Origin: Octopus vulgaris
Taxonomy: Eukaryota
Direction of reading: 5' to 3'
NCBI GenBank assembly: GCA_951406725.2
Contig: OX597831.1
Location: forward strand, 11,346,001-11,410,000
Length of the DNA: 64,000 bases
Shown here piece after piece: positions 1 to 14,575 of the stretch. The notes under the pieces are model-generated. The model was not told the origin of the DNA, searched no databases, and saw nothing but the letters and a program-made list of their open reading frames with translations. Within the stretch, counting starts at the first letter, position 1; each line of letters begins with the position of its first letter. A program made the position numbers and the translations under genes.

Positions 1-366
1 ACACACTCACACACACGTGCATGTACGTATTATACGCAGAGCAGTGTAATCTTGGCCAATGAACAAATGCAGTGCCTCCCCGAATGCTCCGATACTGAAA
101 TACGATGAGGGCCATAAAATGAAATAACCATAACTGGTCTAGGTTTGATAAGGTTTTTATCATTGCTACAAGGTCGAAGCATCATCAATTTAGATGCGTA
201 TAAATAAATGAAGATCTGTTTTCGATGTAGAGAGAGAGAGAGAGGGAGAGAGAGAGAGAGAGAAAGAAAGAAAGAAGACACACACACTCACACACACACG
301 CTCATATACAGCGTATATATGAAGTATTCAGTTACGTTAGATTACCCTATTAATTTCGCAGATGTG

Positions 367-397
<31 letters not shown>

Positions 398-422
398 ATG
401 TATGTATGCATGTATGTATATG

Positions 423-480
<58 letters not shown>

Positions 481-703
481 CACACACACAATTATATCCA
501 GGCACACACAAACACACACACACATATATATTTATTAATTTGTATACACACTCACTAGCAGATACACACGCTCTCACACATATGTATGTATACATAAACA
601 GAGATATACAGTCATGTACAAAGATAAATCTACTCAGAAACAGCATAACAAGACTTCATAAAGTTGGATATAGATTATTATTATTATTATTATTATTATG
701 ATT

Positions 704-768
<65 letters not shown>

Positions 769-772
769 GATT

Positions 773-866
<94 letters not shown>

Positions 867-1107
867 TTATTAATATTATTATTATTATTAAAGCAGTGAG
901 CTGGCAGAATTGTTAGCACGCCGGACGAAATGCTTAGCGATATATCGTCTGCCGCTACGTTCTGCGTTCAAATTCTGCCGGGGTCGACTCTGCCTTTCAT
1001 CCTTTCGGGGCCGATTAGATAAATACCAGTTGCACTGGGATCGATATAATCGATTTAATCCTCCAAGCTGCCCTTGTGGCAAAAATTTGAAAGCATCATC
1101 ATCATCA

Positions 1108-1159
<52 letters not shown>

Positions 1160-1720
1160 TAAGGCGGCGAGCTGGCAGTATCGTTAGCGGTATTTCGCCC
1201 GTCTCTACGTTCTGAGTTCAAATCCCGTCGACGTCGACTTTACCTTTCGTCCTTTCGGAGTCGATAAAATAAGTACCAGTTGTACACTGGGGTCGATTTA
1301 ATCGACTCATCCCCACCTCCTCCATTCTGCTCTTGTGGCAAAAATTTGAAATGATAATAATTTATGTTGTTATTATTGTGGTTGTTGTTGTTGTTGTTGT
1401 TATTCGCTATATCACAGGGAAGTTCGTATTACATTTCTTTTCAGAAATAGAGACCATCATCTTATTTTACCTATATCTTATTCTCTCTCTCCTTCTCTCC
1501 TTCTCCTTCTTCATCTCACCCACTCTCGCTCTCCCTCTCCCTCTCTCTCTTACTCTCTCTCTCTCACTCTCTCTCTCCCTATCTATCTATCTATATATAT
1601 CTATCTATCTATCTATCTCTGGTATGTAAGGAGGTAAAGAAAGACGCCAACTTGAAATTCAATAATATTTGTCTTATTTTATTCCTCTCTCGCTTGCTCT
1701 CCCTATCTTTCTCTCCCACC

Positions 1721-1754
<34 letters not shown>

Positions 1755-2530
1755 TACTCTGGAATAGACAGAGATTAAGCGAGAGATATAGGTAAATGAA
1801 ATCGGAAGAAGAAAGAGGAGGAGGATGAGGTTCTCTACGTCTAACGGCAGCATCTTCAACGGCACTATGCAAGAATACTTATATCAATGTTTCTCTTTCT
1901 CTTGGATGACATCAGTGTCGTTTTGATGAGGTGACTTTCATGGAGGTTCAAACCCTTGGCCTCCCTGCAAAATACGAACCTTGCCCGGTCATATGTAAAT
2001 TGAGAGCAACACTCTAGATTTAAATCTATGGAGTCATGAAACAAACGGTGGCCCTGACAATGTGCTAGCGCATTTATGCGTAAGTTTCTGTGTCTGTGCT
2101 GGGAATTTACACGCGTGATTTGAGCGTGGCCGAATGGTTAAGAAGTTAGTGTCTCAATCAAAATATTCAAAGTTCAAATACTCCACGAAATGAAGCGTTT
2201 GTCAGTAAATCCTCATTGCATAACAAACAGTTAATAGGAACTGTGTGGAGTTCAGTGGTTGCTCTGTGCTGAAATGACTCAGCCGTATCATGAAGTGTGT
2301 CTTGTTGTGTTTACTTGTGTGCGGAATACTCGGCCACTTACATATTAATAGGTTGTAACGAAGTAAGAAATTCTAAGGGTGAGCTGAAGTCTGAAGTGCA
2401 AGTGTTTCGGCTCTTAACATATTCTAAAGATGCCGGGCCGCATCCAGGTCACAAATTCTAAATACCCTTTTGCTGCCATTTTCTGTGCTACCTTCGGCAT
2501 TGCAACCCTCTTGAATAGTTAAAGGGTACC

Positions 2531-2590
2531 CAAGATCCAAGATACGGTGGGTGTCACAATCAAGATCCAAGGTACGGTGGGTAACACAAC
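2531..2590 (+). repeat. 30-bp direct tandem duplication
   Basis: CAAGATCCAAG(A/G)TACGGTGGGT..CACAA twice, 4 mismatches. Confidence 0.8.
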
Positions 2591-3501
2591 CAGTTCAACT
2601 GAAGACTCTGGTTGACTGTAAAGCAAAACTATGCCTTTAATGGTTCCCTTACCAAAAGCTCTTGAAATATTCATCATGGAATGGAGGGCAGTTCTGTTGT
2701 ATATGTATGTGTATTGCTCGTGTGTGTGTGTGTGTGTGTGTTGTGTGTGTGTGTGTGTGTGCGTGTGTGCAACAAATTATGAATGAGGTATAAAACATAC
2801 ATTTTAGTATACGTCGATTGTACGCTCGTACAATCACACATAAATACATATACACACGTGTATGTATGTGTATATATATATATACGCATATATGTTTGCA
2901 TATACATATAAACATATATATCTGTGCATATGTGTATACGTATATTTTAGTACACACACACACACACACACACACAACGCCATCCGAAGAGAAAGACCTT
3001 GCGCATGCGCAAAGCTATCTATCACATGGCGGACGATGCTCACTCGTAGTTAATTGCTTCAGTTAGTACAAGTCATTACAAGAATTGGCGTCATTAATTA
3101 ATGATGTTGGTTACGTCATTAAGTAATTAATTCATTAGCGACATATCCAAAGTCCTTAATTGAATAAATAATGAATTAATTTCGAACTGCTATTATTTTC
3201 TACTTATGTTTGTTGTTTGTTGTTTGTTTCATGATGTAAATGTAGATATGGTCTTTTTTAATGATCTGATCACCGTAATGTATTTAGTGAGTCTATTAAT
3301 GATGTTTCGTGTATAGAAAGAGAGAGGGGGGGGAGTGAGGGGGGTGGTTCTTTTGTTGTCATTCTTGCTGCCGTTGTTGTTGTGGTTGTAGTTGTTGTTG
3401 TTTTCGCTGTTGCTGTTTATTTTGTAGTTCTTAATGATGCTTCTATGCTATTCTATGCTATTTATCGATATAGATGTTGTTTGTTTTGTTTTATTTGCTT
3501 C

Positions 3502-3548
<47 letters not shown>

Positions 3549-3699
3549 ATCCTCATCATCGATGTTGTTTTTCTCGTTTCGATATCAGATTTATCATCAA
3601 ACATTTTCATTGACATTTCATGTTGAACTAGCATGCCACCACATATCCGCCATCGTTTCCGCCGTTGCATCCGCCATTGCCTTCCCATCCACTGCCAAC

Positions 3700-4246
3700 A
3701 CCTGCACCACCACCGCCGCCACCACCACCACCACCACCACCACCACCACCACCACCGCCATCACCACCACCTCGCAACCTCGCCGCTGCCAACCTCCATC
3801 GACCATTTCCAACAGTTTTTATCTCCGTAGCCATTAACATATTCCTACACCAAGCAAAACTACCACAAAAAAAACCATCACCATCACCATCACCAACACT
3901 AGCATAGTCTTTACTATATTCTCAAATTTCTAACACCACAACCACTACCACCACCACCACCACCCTCACCTCCTTTACCATTAGCACCACTTTCACCACC
4001 GTCACCGCCACACAGCTCCACTACAACTCCTATTGTGGTCCGATACACCCCAGTCCAACCACGCCTACCCAACCGATAACAAAAACGCAAGCACTACCAC
4101 GAGAAATACCACCACCCTAGCCACGACGACGACGACGACCACCACCACCACCACCATTCCACTATTATTACCGGATTCTGGCAACACCATTTCCGAGTCC
4201 GCTTGCTTATTTTCATCTCCCTCAACACAAACACTACCAAGAGATA

Positions 4247-4301
<55 letters not shown>

Positions 4302-4436
4302 ACTACAACTGATGCCACCCACAGTTGCCACCGCCGTTGCCGACATGACCACCACCACATCTACTACATCTGCCATTACAACTATCGCAATGATTAAGAT
4401 CGTCATCAGCAATGTCATTCTCATCATCATCAACCC

Positions 4437-4471
<35 letters not shown>

Positions 4472-4481
4472 CCACCATCAT

Positions 4482-4513
<32 letters not shown>

Positions 4514-4525
4514 GCATCCCCATCG

Positions 4526-4561
<36 letters not shown>

Positions 4562-4595
4562 CCACCATCATCACCATCATCATCATCATCACCAC

Positions 4596-4627
<32 letters not shown>

Positions 4628-4850
4628 CCATCGTCATCATCATCATCATCCCCATCGTTGGAATGGTCAGTGTCATTGACTCTCTTCATCTGTCATAGAC
4701 TCAAAATCGCATGTCACCACCACCACCACCATCACCACCCACCTCTACTACCACCACCACAATCACCACTACAACGGCCACCACCGCCGACAGCACCATC
4801 AATACCATCATCGCTACCGCTATTACTATCATTATCACCACCACTGCTCT
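3700..4850. repeat. Compound (CAC)n/(CAT)n/(CTA)n/(CAG)n low-complexity block
   Basis: Directly visible. Confidence 0.85.
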
Positions 4851-5089
4851 AGAGCGGCGAGCTGACAGAATCTTAAGCACGCCGGACAAAATGCTGAGCG
4901 GCATTTCGTCCGTTTTCCCGTTCTGATCCTAAATCCCGCTGAGTTTGAATTGTCTCTCATCCCTTTTAGAGTCGATAATTACAAGTACCAGTCGCAAAGT
5001 GGGATCGATGTAATCAACTTGACTCTTTCCCCCTAAGAATTATCTCCGCCATTGCCATCTAAGCTGGTATCGTTATCTGGATTGTTAGT

Positions 5090-5285
5090 TCCTACACGCA
5101 TTTTTTCTCTCCTTGTTTCTCTCCGTATTTCTTTTCTGTGTATCTTTCTGTCGAAGAGTGTAGGCTCGAAACGTAAAAGACTTGTTTGATTTCTATTCCT
5201 GAGCGCCATACTAATAATTTGTTTGTTTGTACTCCACCTGCCTTCGTCTTTTGTTTATTTTCGTAAACTTTCCCGTTATATATAC
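5090..5285 (+). mobile_element. Solo Penelope-like pLTR copy with hammerhead-like motif (5143-5180)
   Basis: TCTTT-CTGTCGA-AGAGTGTAGGCTC-GAAACGTA-AAAGA; homologous to 26826-27050; ends in TATATA. Confidence 0.7.
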
Positions 5286-5997
5286 AGGTAGTGAGTTCGA
5301 GTCCTGGACCGGGCTGCATGTTGTGTTCTTGAGCAAGACTCTTTATTTTCACGTTGCTCCAGTTCACTCATCTGTAGAAATGAGTTGCAAAGTCACGGGG
5401 GCCAAGCTGTATCGGCCCCTTTGCCTTTCCCTTGGATAACACACATACACACATATGAACACAGACATCCCAGTTCGCACACACATACACACACACATAA
5501 GTACATCTATTTCTCTCTCTCTCTTACTGTCTATATCTCACGCGCACATACACACATACGTCTTACCTATTATTAGAACTACTAGAAATAGATGTCAAAT
5601 TCCCTCAAATTACACCACACATGGAAGAAACTGTTGAACACTGTTGTCCAAAATACATTGCAAAGTTGGAACAGTCACGCGTAGAGTGTCTTTGATCATA
5701 GGTGTACTCAACCAGACTTCGCCTGAGAGCTACACATCAAAAATGGTAACAAGGACAGCAACAACTAGGATCCTTTCTACTCTAGGCACAAGGCCCGAAA
5801 TTTGGGGGGAGAGGACTAGTCGATTAGATCGACCGCAGTACGCAACTGGTACTTAATTTATCGATCTCAAAGGGACCAAAGGCAACATCGAGCTCGGCAG
5901 AATTTGAACTCAGAGCGTAAGGATGGACGTAAGGCTGCTAAGTGTTTCACCCGGCGTGCTAACGATTCCGCCAGTTCACCACTTGGATCCGCAACAC

Positions 5998-6074
<77 letters not shown>

Positions 6075-6487
6075 TAACAATAACAACAAGAGAGAAAGAG
6101 AGAGAGAGTAATATCCTTAGTGGTTGAAACATAAAGAAAACAGCGAAGTATTTCCACTGGAAAGGCATGGCCAATCGTTTCCGTAAAGCTCATGGCTCAT
6201 GATCGGACGAGCAGGAAAAGAGAGAAATACTGAAGGTTGAGGTCGAACCCACAAGAATAAAATGAGAGACAGAGACAGGCAAAAACAAGGAAAATACCCC
6301 TTGTATTTGAATACTATGCAAATATTCTTTTAAAAAACTTTTCATATAATTTTTCCAAAATTTAATTTTTCCAAAATTTAATTGTTTTCCATACTTAGAG
6401 TTGAAAAAGTTTCAATGACCGAAACCGGTACTCAAATGTTTTTTTATAATAACATTATTTTAGTATTTTCTACCTTGACTTATTTTA

Positions 6488-6562
<75 letters not shown>

Positions 6563-6591
6563 GCAGACAGAGACAGAGAGATAGACAGATG

Positions 6592-6653
<62 letters not shown>

Positions 6654-7522
6654 CGTTCAAATATATGGATGGATGGACAGACAGAGAGATGCACGGATGG
6701 ACAGATAGATAGAAAGAGAGAGAGAGGTTGCGAAAGGGGGAGAGAGTGAAGGAGAGGTAGAGAGAGAAACGGTTAGAGTTAAAAATATAAAGGTAATAAA
6801 AATATAGAATTATTTTACACAATCTCAGAAAAAATATATATTAAGATAAAAAGTTTAAAACTAAGCATAAAAATAAATAGTAAAAAAAAACAAAAAAAAA
6901 CAAAGAAAACTAGCAAAACAAATCTGATTAAAGATTGAACACAATAAAGTAACAAGGAATATCAGAATGAAAGAATAAGAGTATAAATTGAAAGAGAATA
7001 AATGAATAAAGGAATAACGGGATAAAAGATATAATAAAGAACGTAACGGAATGAAGTGGGAAGGGAAAGGTGAGTTTTGAACGGTGATACTCAAAATTTT
7101 ATCTTTGCCACGAGGTGACATGATGTTAAGATTAGTGAAATCATGTAATTTTGATAATAACCTGCCTTAGCAAAAGACGATCGAATGGCAACCGCGACGA
7201 TCACGGTGATAACGATGAATTATTGAAAATGATGACGACGACGATGATGATGATGATGTTGATGATAATTTTTTTTTTTTTTTTTTTTTGAAGCATAGAA
7301 ATACAGAAATACCAATATTGTATGTACAGCAGATAAAATGATAAAATGTTAAGAATTATGCTTTGAGGTGAGTATGTGAGTGTCACAGTATATATTTTTA
7401 TATATATAAATATATATATATACGCACATACACATATATGTCTGTCTGTGTATATATAAATATATATATGTATATTTATATGTATATATATAAATACATA
7501 CATACATATGTATATATGTATG

Positions 7523-7553
<31 letters not shown>

Positions 7554-7974
7554 AATATATATACACACGCATCATATACACATACATCATTATGTGCATG
7601 AGTGCTTAGGTGTGTGTGTGTGCATATGTGTGTGTGTGTGTTTGTGTGTTAGGAGAATTTATATGTCAAAGGAAACCGAAATCCTTAAAAAAACCTCAAT
7701 GAACAATAAAATCATAACAAAATGTTTGTAGGTCCTCTATGTATTTAAATAGAAATGTAGGCCTATATGTATATTTATACGCATGTATGTATACGTATGC
7801 ATATATATATTGTTGTCTGTGTGTAATTCTATGTATGTAATTATGTATGACATATGTGCGCATGCATGTGTGTTTATGAGTGTGTGTGTGCGTTTACGCA
7901 TGCGTGATGTTGGTTACTTATATATGGAAACAGATTAGTTTGTACATACGTGTATATATCAATATATACGCACG

Positions 7975-8005
<31 letters not shown>

Positions 8006-8033
8006 GTGTGTACATATATATGTATATATGTAC

Positions 8034-8083
<50 letters not shown>

Positions 8084-8153
8084 GTATATATATATACATA
8101 CATATATATATATATATCATATATATATATATATATATACATATACATACATG

Positions 8154-8204
<51 letters not shown>

Positions 8205-9081
8205 TAATGTATGCGTATACATATATGGTGGAATATTTGAAAGTCCTGGCTAAACATGTGTACATATCACATTGTATTACAATACCATACATTACATTAA
8301 CATTACACCGTCTGTATTCCTCAATATTATTTAATATATACAATATATTTTTTCTTAACGTTATTTCTACACCATTTTCCTCATCTTCAATTTCGCCTCC
8401 GCACCTTCACACCCTACGCCGTCAAATCACTATCAACCTTCACCTCGCCTCTCACACTGGTTTCTATGTTACAGCTCCAATGGCGACATATGCTCTCATA
8501 TTCTTGCCGTTTGTTTTTATTTCATTTCTTATTTGTTTTGTTGTTATACTTGTAATTGTTTTGCCTGAATTAGATGTGATTTTTTTAAAAAGAAGTATTA
8601 TCATTATCGTTATTTTATTATCATCATTATTATCATTGTTGTTGTTGTTTTTGTTGTTCGCCACTGAGCGGGTTCTCTCTTTTTCTTTTTCTTCTTTTTT
8701 ATCGTTCTCATCTTTGCTATCAGAATATTTGCCTCGCAGCGAATGCAGAGAAAATTAGAAAATAGAAATATTAAATAATTTATCTCAGATAGAAACACAA
8801 AAGAGAACAAAAGAAGAGAAAACAAAACAGAAAAGAAAAGACAGAGATGAAAAAAAGCAACAACAAAAGAATGAAGAAAAAGAAGAAAGAGAAGAGGGGA
8901 ACAGGGAGGAGGAGGAGGGGAGGAGAGGGGAGGCGGAGGAGGTAGTTTATTTTGAGCTGAGCTAAGCTGAATCGTTCATTTCAAAACACATTCCTGTACA
9001 TACAAGTACAAAAAGAGCACGATCGATCACACACTCGAATGTAGATACATGTAGCAATATAGATATGTATACACACACGTC

Positions 9082-9176
<95 letters not shown>

Positions 9177-9214
9177 ACATATATATATATATGTGTGTGT
9201 GTGTGCGTGTATGC

Positions 9215-9260
<46 letters not shown>

Positions 9261-9469
9261 TTATTCTTATAAGTTTCAGCCCAAAGGCTGTGACGGTGCT
9301 GGAGCTCTTCGTCTATCATCACCTTTACAATCGCCATTCTTATTTGATTGGCTTTTGCTGAAGAAATGAGTTTGATCTTGTTGCCATCTTTTGAGCTTCT
9401 TGCTGTGACATTGGTTCATCTGTGATCTTGGTCAATTTTCGTATATCAAAGCAAAGAATGCTTAAAATA

Positions 9470-10005
9470 TTCTTTTCTTAGGCAAAAGGCCCGAAATTTT
9501 GGAGGAGGGGGAGCAGTCGATAAGATCGACCCCAGTGCATAACTGGTACTAATTTTATTGACCCCGAAAGGATGAAAGGCAAAGTCGACCTCGGCGGAAT
9601 TTGAACTCAGAACGTAGCGGCAGACGAAATACCCATTTCTTTACTACGCACAAGGGGCTAAACACAGAGAGGACAAACAAGGACAGACAAACGGATTAAG
9701 TCGATTAGATCGACCCTAGTGCGTGATTGGTACTTAATTTATCGACTCCATATGGATGAAAGGCAAAGTCGACCTCGGCGGAATTTGAACTTAGAACGTA
9801 ACGGCAGACGAAATACTGCTAAGTATTTCACCTGGCGTGCTAACGTTTCTGCCAGCTCTTCGCCTTAGAATATTTAAGATATTCTTTTCTATTCTTTTCT
9901 ACTCTGGGAACAAGGCCCGAAATTTTGGGGGGAGGGGGCCAGTCGATTAGATCGACTCCAGTACGCAACTGGTAATATATTTATTGACTCCGAAAGGATG
10001 AAAGA
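9470..10005 (-). mobile_element. Cluster of three tandem SINE family A copies
   Basis: Repeated CCCCGAAAGGATGAAAGGCAAAGTCGACCTCGGCGGAATTTGAACT units. Confidence 0.75.
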
Positions 10006-10294
10006 TATGGACTTAATTGACATGTTGAGCAGAAATAACAAAATACATCAGCCCACCTGACTAATAGCTTCAAAGCTAAACCCACTCTGTGAAAGTATGT
10101 ACTAACCTACTGTAACACGTTTCTAAACTATTAGTAACAGCAATTCACAGGCTTCTATATTTGCATAATAAGTGTGCATGTGAGAGAGTGTTTAGTTTGT
10201 GTGTGCACGCACCACGGAAAAGAATATTTTAGAAACAAAGGCACAAAATTCTGGTACCTTTGACTTAAGTAGCATATTCATCTGAACCTAAGTT

Positions 10295-10770
<476 letters not shown>

Positions 10771-12010
10771 TCGGTTAGGGCACAAAATGCAACACTATTT
10801 ACCGTGGGACAACTTCTCTTATTGACTTAAGGTTCATATAAGCACTGGTGCTTATATCGCCAGCGGGCAATGATCCTCTACTATTACCGCCGGGGACTTC
10901 CAAGTCACGTGGTTCAGCCTTCCTTACATATATGTGTGTGTGTGTGTGCGTGTGTGTGTGTACCAGTGAAACACTGCGGTATATTTAATGAACGACAGGT
11001 CGCTCCCTAAACAATATGTCTAGCCAATCTTGCTACCCTAATAAGCTAATTAAATTCTTGTAATATCATTTTTTGATATTGTTTTCTCTAATTTATTTAC
11101 CTTTATATATATTTAATTGTTTACATTTTTTTCATTTGCTTAACCTTCCTTCGCTTATCTCCCCTTGTCATATTACCTCTCTTATGGTTTATTAACTTCA
11201 TTCAACATAGACAACGCATTCTTCTTCTCCTCATCCTTCGCCTCCCTCTAATTCTCTTCCCTACATGCTTCTCTTCCTTCTTCCTCTCCCTTTTTTACTC
11301 ATACGCCTTCCACCTCTTCTTCTCTCTCTCTCTTTCCCACCCTCTTCAGTCATACATCATCTCCGCCTTCTACTCTCCCTTCTGCTCTTACAACTCACCC
11401 CCCCCCCACTTCATTCTCTCCACCCCCCCACCCCCCGTAGCTCTGCCTAACCCAATCGACTCGCTCCTCTTCTTCAATTACGCTATTTTTTTTTTATGGG
11501 TTTTAGTTCGTTTTTACATAATTATTTTTATTCACCTTATATTTATTTTTTACTTTTCAATCCTCGGTTTTTGCCTGCAACCTGTAATCTTCCTTTAATC
11601 TGCCATCTGCAATCAGAGTTTTGACTATGTACGCGCTCTCGTGTATATGTGTGAGTGTGTGAGAGAGAAAGAGAGAGAGAGAGAAAGAGACAGAGAGAGA
11701 GAGAAAGAGAGAGAGAGAGACAGAGAGGCTTTCTGTGTGAAGTAATTGCATGGCTACTTTGCGTAGAACAAACACAATACGTAATTGGATGCATAACCAA
11801 ACCTACAAAATATATTCTTACGTCCATACATATATATACACACACATGTATACATTTACATGTGTATATATGTATCTCTCTCTCTCTCTCTCGCTCACAC
11901 ACACACTTGCTTTGAGTCTATTTGCTTATCTATCTATATGTCTCTTCTCTCTCTCTCTCATTCTCTTTCTCTTTCTTTCTCTCTCCCTTTATCTATCTAT
12001 CTATCTAGCC

Positions 12011-12056
<46 letters not shown>

Positions 12057-12319
12057 TTATCCATATATCTAGCCATCTAGCCATCTAACACTGACTTCCT
12101 TTATTTTGCGTTATATACTTCTTATTTCCTTTCTTTTTTTCATTTCTCTCGCTCTCTTTTTATGTAATTAGCCAGGTGAACTTATATTTGATAAAACAAT
12201 TACATCACGTAAAATCATAGGGGTCGCTTCAAACAAATGTACTGTCATACACCGACGGTAGATTTAGTGCAGATGCTGTACAATTATATATATATATATT
12301 AGCATTACATATACGAGCG

Positions 12320-12642
12320 TGAGGGCGCGTGGCTTAGTGGTTAGGGCATTCGGCTCATGATCGTAAGGTTGTGAGTTCGATTCCCGGCGACGCGTTGTGT
12401 CCTTGAGCAAGACACTTTATTTCACGTTGCTCCAGTCCACTCAGCTGGCAAAAATGAGTTGTACTTGTATTTCAAAGGGTCAGCCTTGTCACTCTCTGTG
12501 TCACGCTGATTATCCCCGAGAACTACGTTAAGGGTACACGTGTCTGTGGAATGCTCAGCCATTTGCACGTTAATTTCACGAGCAAGCTGTTCCGTTGATC
12601 GTATCAGCTGGGACCCTCGTCGTCGTAACCGGCGGAGTCTTT
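12320..12642 (+). mobile_element. Full-length tRNA-derived CORE-type SINE (family C)
   Basis: A box TGGCTTAGTGG, B box GAGTTCGATTCCC, CORE-like GTGTCCTTGAGCAAGACACTT...; related copies at ~5287-5440(+), 42660-42870(-), 62790-63110(-). Confidence 0.8.
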
Positions 12643-12779
12643 CTTCTAACATATACGAGCACACACACACACACACATGCACACACACATAGACACACAC
12701 ACATATTTGTGTGTGTCTGCGTGTGTGCGTGTATTACATATATATATTCAATTCAAATAAACAAGCAATTTGAATAAAA

Positions 12780-12960
12780 AAACGAGGAAAACAAGGAACG
12801 CAAGGACGTGCACAAGAAGCATATTAGCCTGACGCTCGGTGAAAGGAGAGAGTTTAACGTTTCGAGCTTAGCTCTTCGTCGGAAAGGAGACTGGGAAAAG
12901 TCCGAAGGATGAGGAGAAGAAGAAATTGCTAATGGACCACGTGTAGTTATATTGTAGTTA
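12780..12960 (-). mobile_element. Diverged pLTR copy with hammerhead-like motif
   Basis: Minus strand TTT-CCGACGA-A-GAGC-TAA-GCTC-GAAAC-GTT-AAA at ~12850-12890. Confidence 0.6.
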
Positions 12961-13056
12961 CATATATATATATTTTTTTTTTGTATATATATATATATAT
13001 GTATGCATATTATTTGTATATATTTCTATATACCTATGTCTATATATATGTATATG

Positions 13057-13089
<33 letters not shown>

Positions 13090-13094
<5 letters not shown>

Positions 13095-13515
13095 CAAATG
13101 ATGGGCTTCTTTCAGTTTCCGTCTACCAAATCCACTCATAAGGCTTTGGTTGGCTCGCGGCTATAGTAGACGAGACTTGCTAAAGGTACCACTCAGTGGG
13201 ACTGAAGATAGAACCATGTGGTTAGTAAGCAAGCTACTAACCACACAGCCACGCCTGCGCCTACGCGCATAAATTTTATATATATATCAGAGTTCAGGGT
13301 CACTGCGTGGCACTACGTGACACCTTGGGTGAATATCCTCTACTATAGCTCAGGCTAACCTAGGTGTTGTGAATGGATATGGTTAAGGAAAATTGAAAGA
13401 ACCTCGCCGTATATACATACATACATACATACATACATACATACATACATACATACATACATACATACATACACACATACATACACATATATATATATAT
13501 ATATGTATGTATATA

Positions 13516-13576
<61 letters not shown>

Positions 13577-13875
13577 ATGTATATGTATATATATACATAC
13601 ATATACATATGTATATATATATGCATACGTATACATACATATATATACATGCATATAAGTTTGTGTGTCTTTGAGTTTCTGTTTATTCCCAACCACCGCT
13701 TGACAACAGGTCTTGGTGTGTTTGCGTCCCCGTAACTTAGACGCTCGGCAAAAGGCACCGATAAAATAAGTAACAGGCTTCAAAAACAAATTAGTATTGT
13801 GGTCAATTAATCCAACTAAAAACTTTCTAGAACGATGCCCCCAGCATGGCCGCAGTCTAATGATTAAAATAAATA
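13090..13875. mobile_element. Head-to-head SINE family B pair (13090-13262 minus, ~13290-13875 plus)
   Basis: Both match the family B head/body; the plus copy is expanded by an internal (TACA)/(TA)n. Confidence 0.65.
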
Positions 13876-14194
13876 AAAAGTCAGGGGCTGACATTCTGCT
13901 GAGATGCAATCTTTTTTGTTGTTTTTGTTTTGCGTATTTTTTTGTCCTTAATTGAGGAAACTCAATCGTAGGGTTCGCTCAATTAATGGCAAAGGAAAGG
14001 TTTCCACCATGGTTTGTCCCGTTCTTAAGTATAGCGATTACTAAATTCCCCCAAATATTTCTGTAGTGTTATCAAAAGAGCGAATGAAGTTGTTAGGTGG
14101 ATTTATTTAGCTGTTATTTCCAGCAGATGCAGCGTTCGGTTGGGGATCCCGTTTAACGATCTGGGCTGTGCGAATATAACCTAAGGTAACCGTT

Positions 14195-14575
14195 GGGTGG
14201 TGGTGGTGGTGGTGGCAGCGGTGGTAGTTGCGGCGGTCGTAGCGGCGGTGGTGATTGCGGCGGTGGTGGTGGTGCAGGTGGTGGTGGTGGTGGTGGTGGT
14301 GGCGGCGGCGGCGGTGGTGGTGGTGGTGGTGGTGGTGGTGGCGGCGGCGGCGGTGGTGGTGGTGGTTGCGGTGGTTGCGGTGGTGGTGGTTGCGGTGGTT
14401 GCGGTGGTGGTAACTGTGGTGGTGATGGTGGTGGTAACTGTGGTGGTGACGGTGGTGGTGAAGGTGGTGGTGAAGGTGGTGGTGACGGTGGTGACAGTGG
14501 TGATGTTGGTGATGATGATAATGGTGATGATGGTGATGGTGGTGATGGTACTGTTGGTTGTGGTGGGTGGCGCAT
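14195..14575. repeat. GC-rich (GGT)n/(GGC)n trinucleotide array
   Basis: Directly visible. Confidence 0.9.

Noticed and set aside
3382-4926. Overlapping poly-T/I/M/D/S ORFs
   Set aside because: Compound trinucleotide repeats. Unlike 31415-34715, they have no embedded conserved motifs and no long single frame.
12320-12392. Possible tRNA genes here and at 16410-16481
   Set aside because: A/B boxes run straight into SINE bodies found in multiple copies, and no proper acceptor stem forms.
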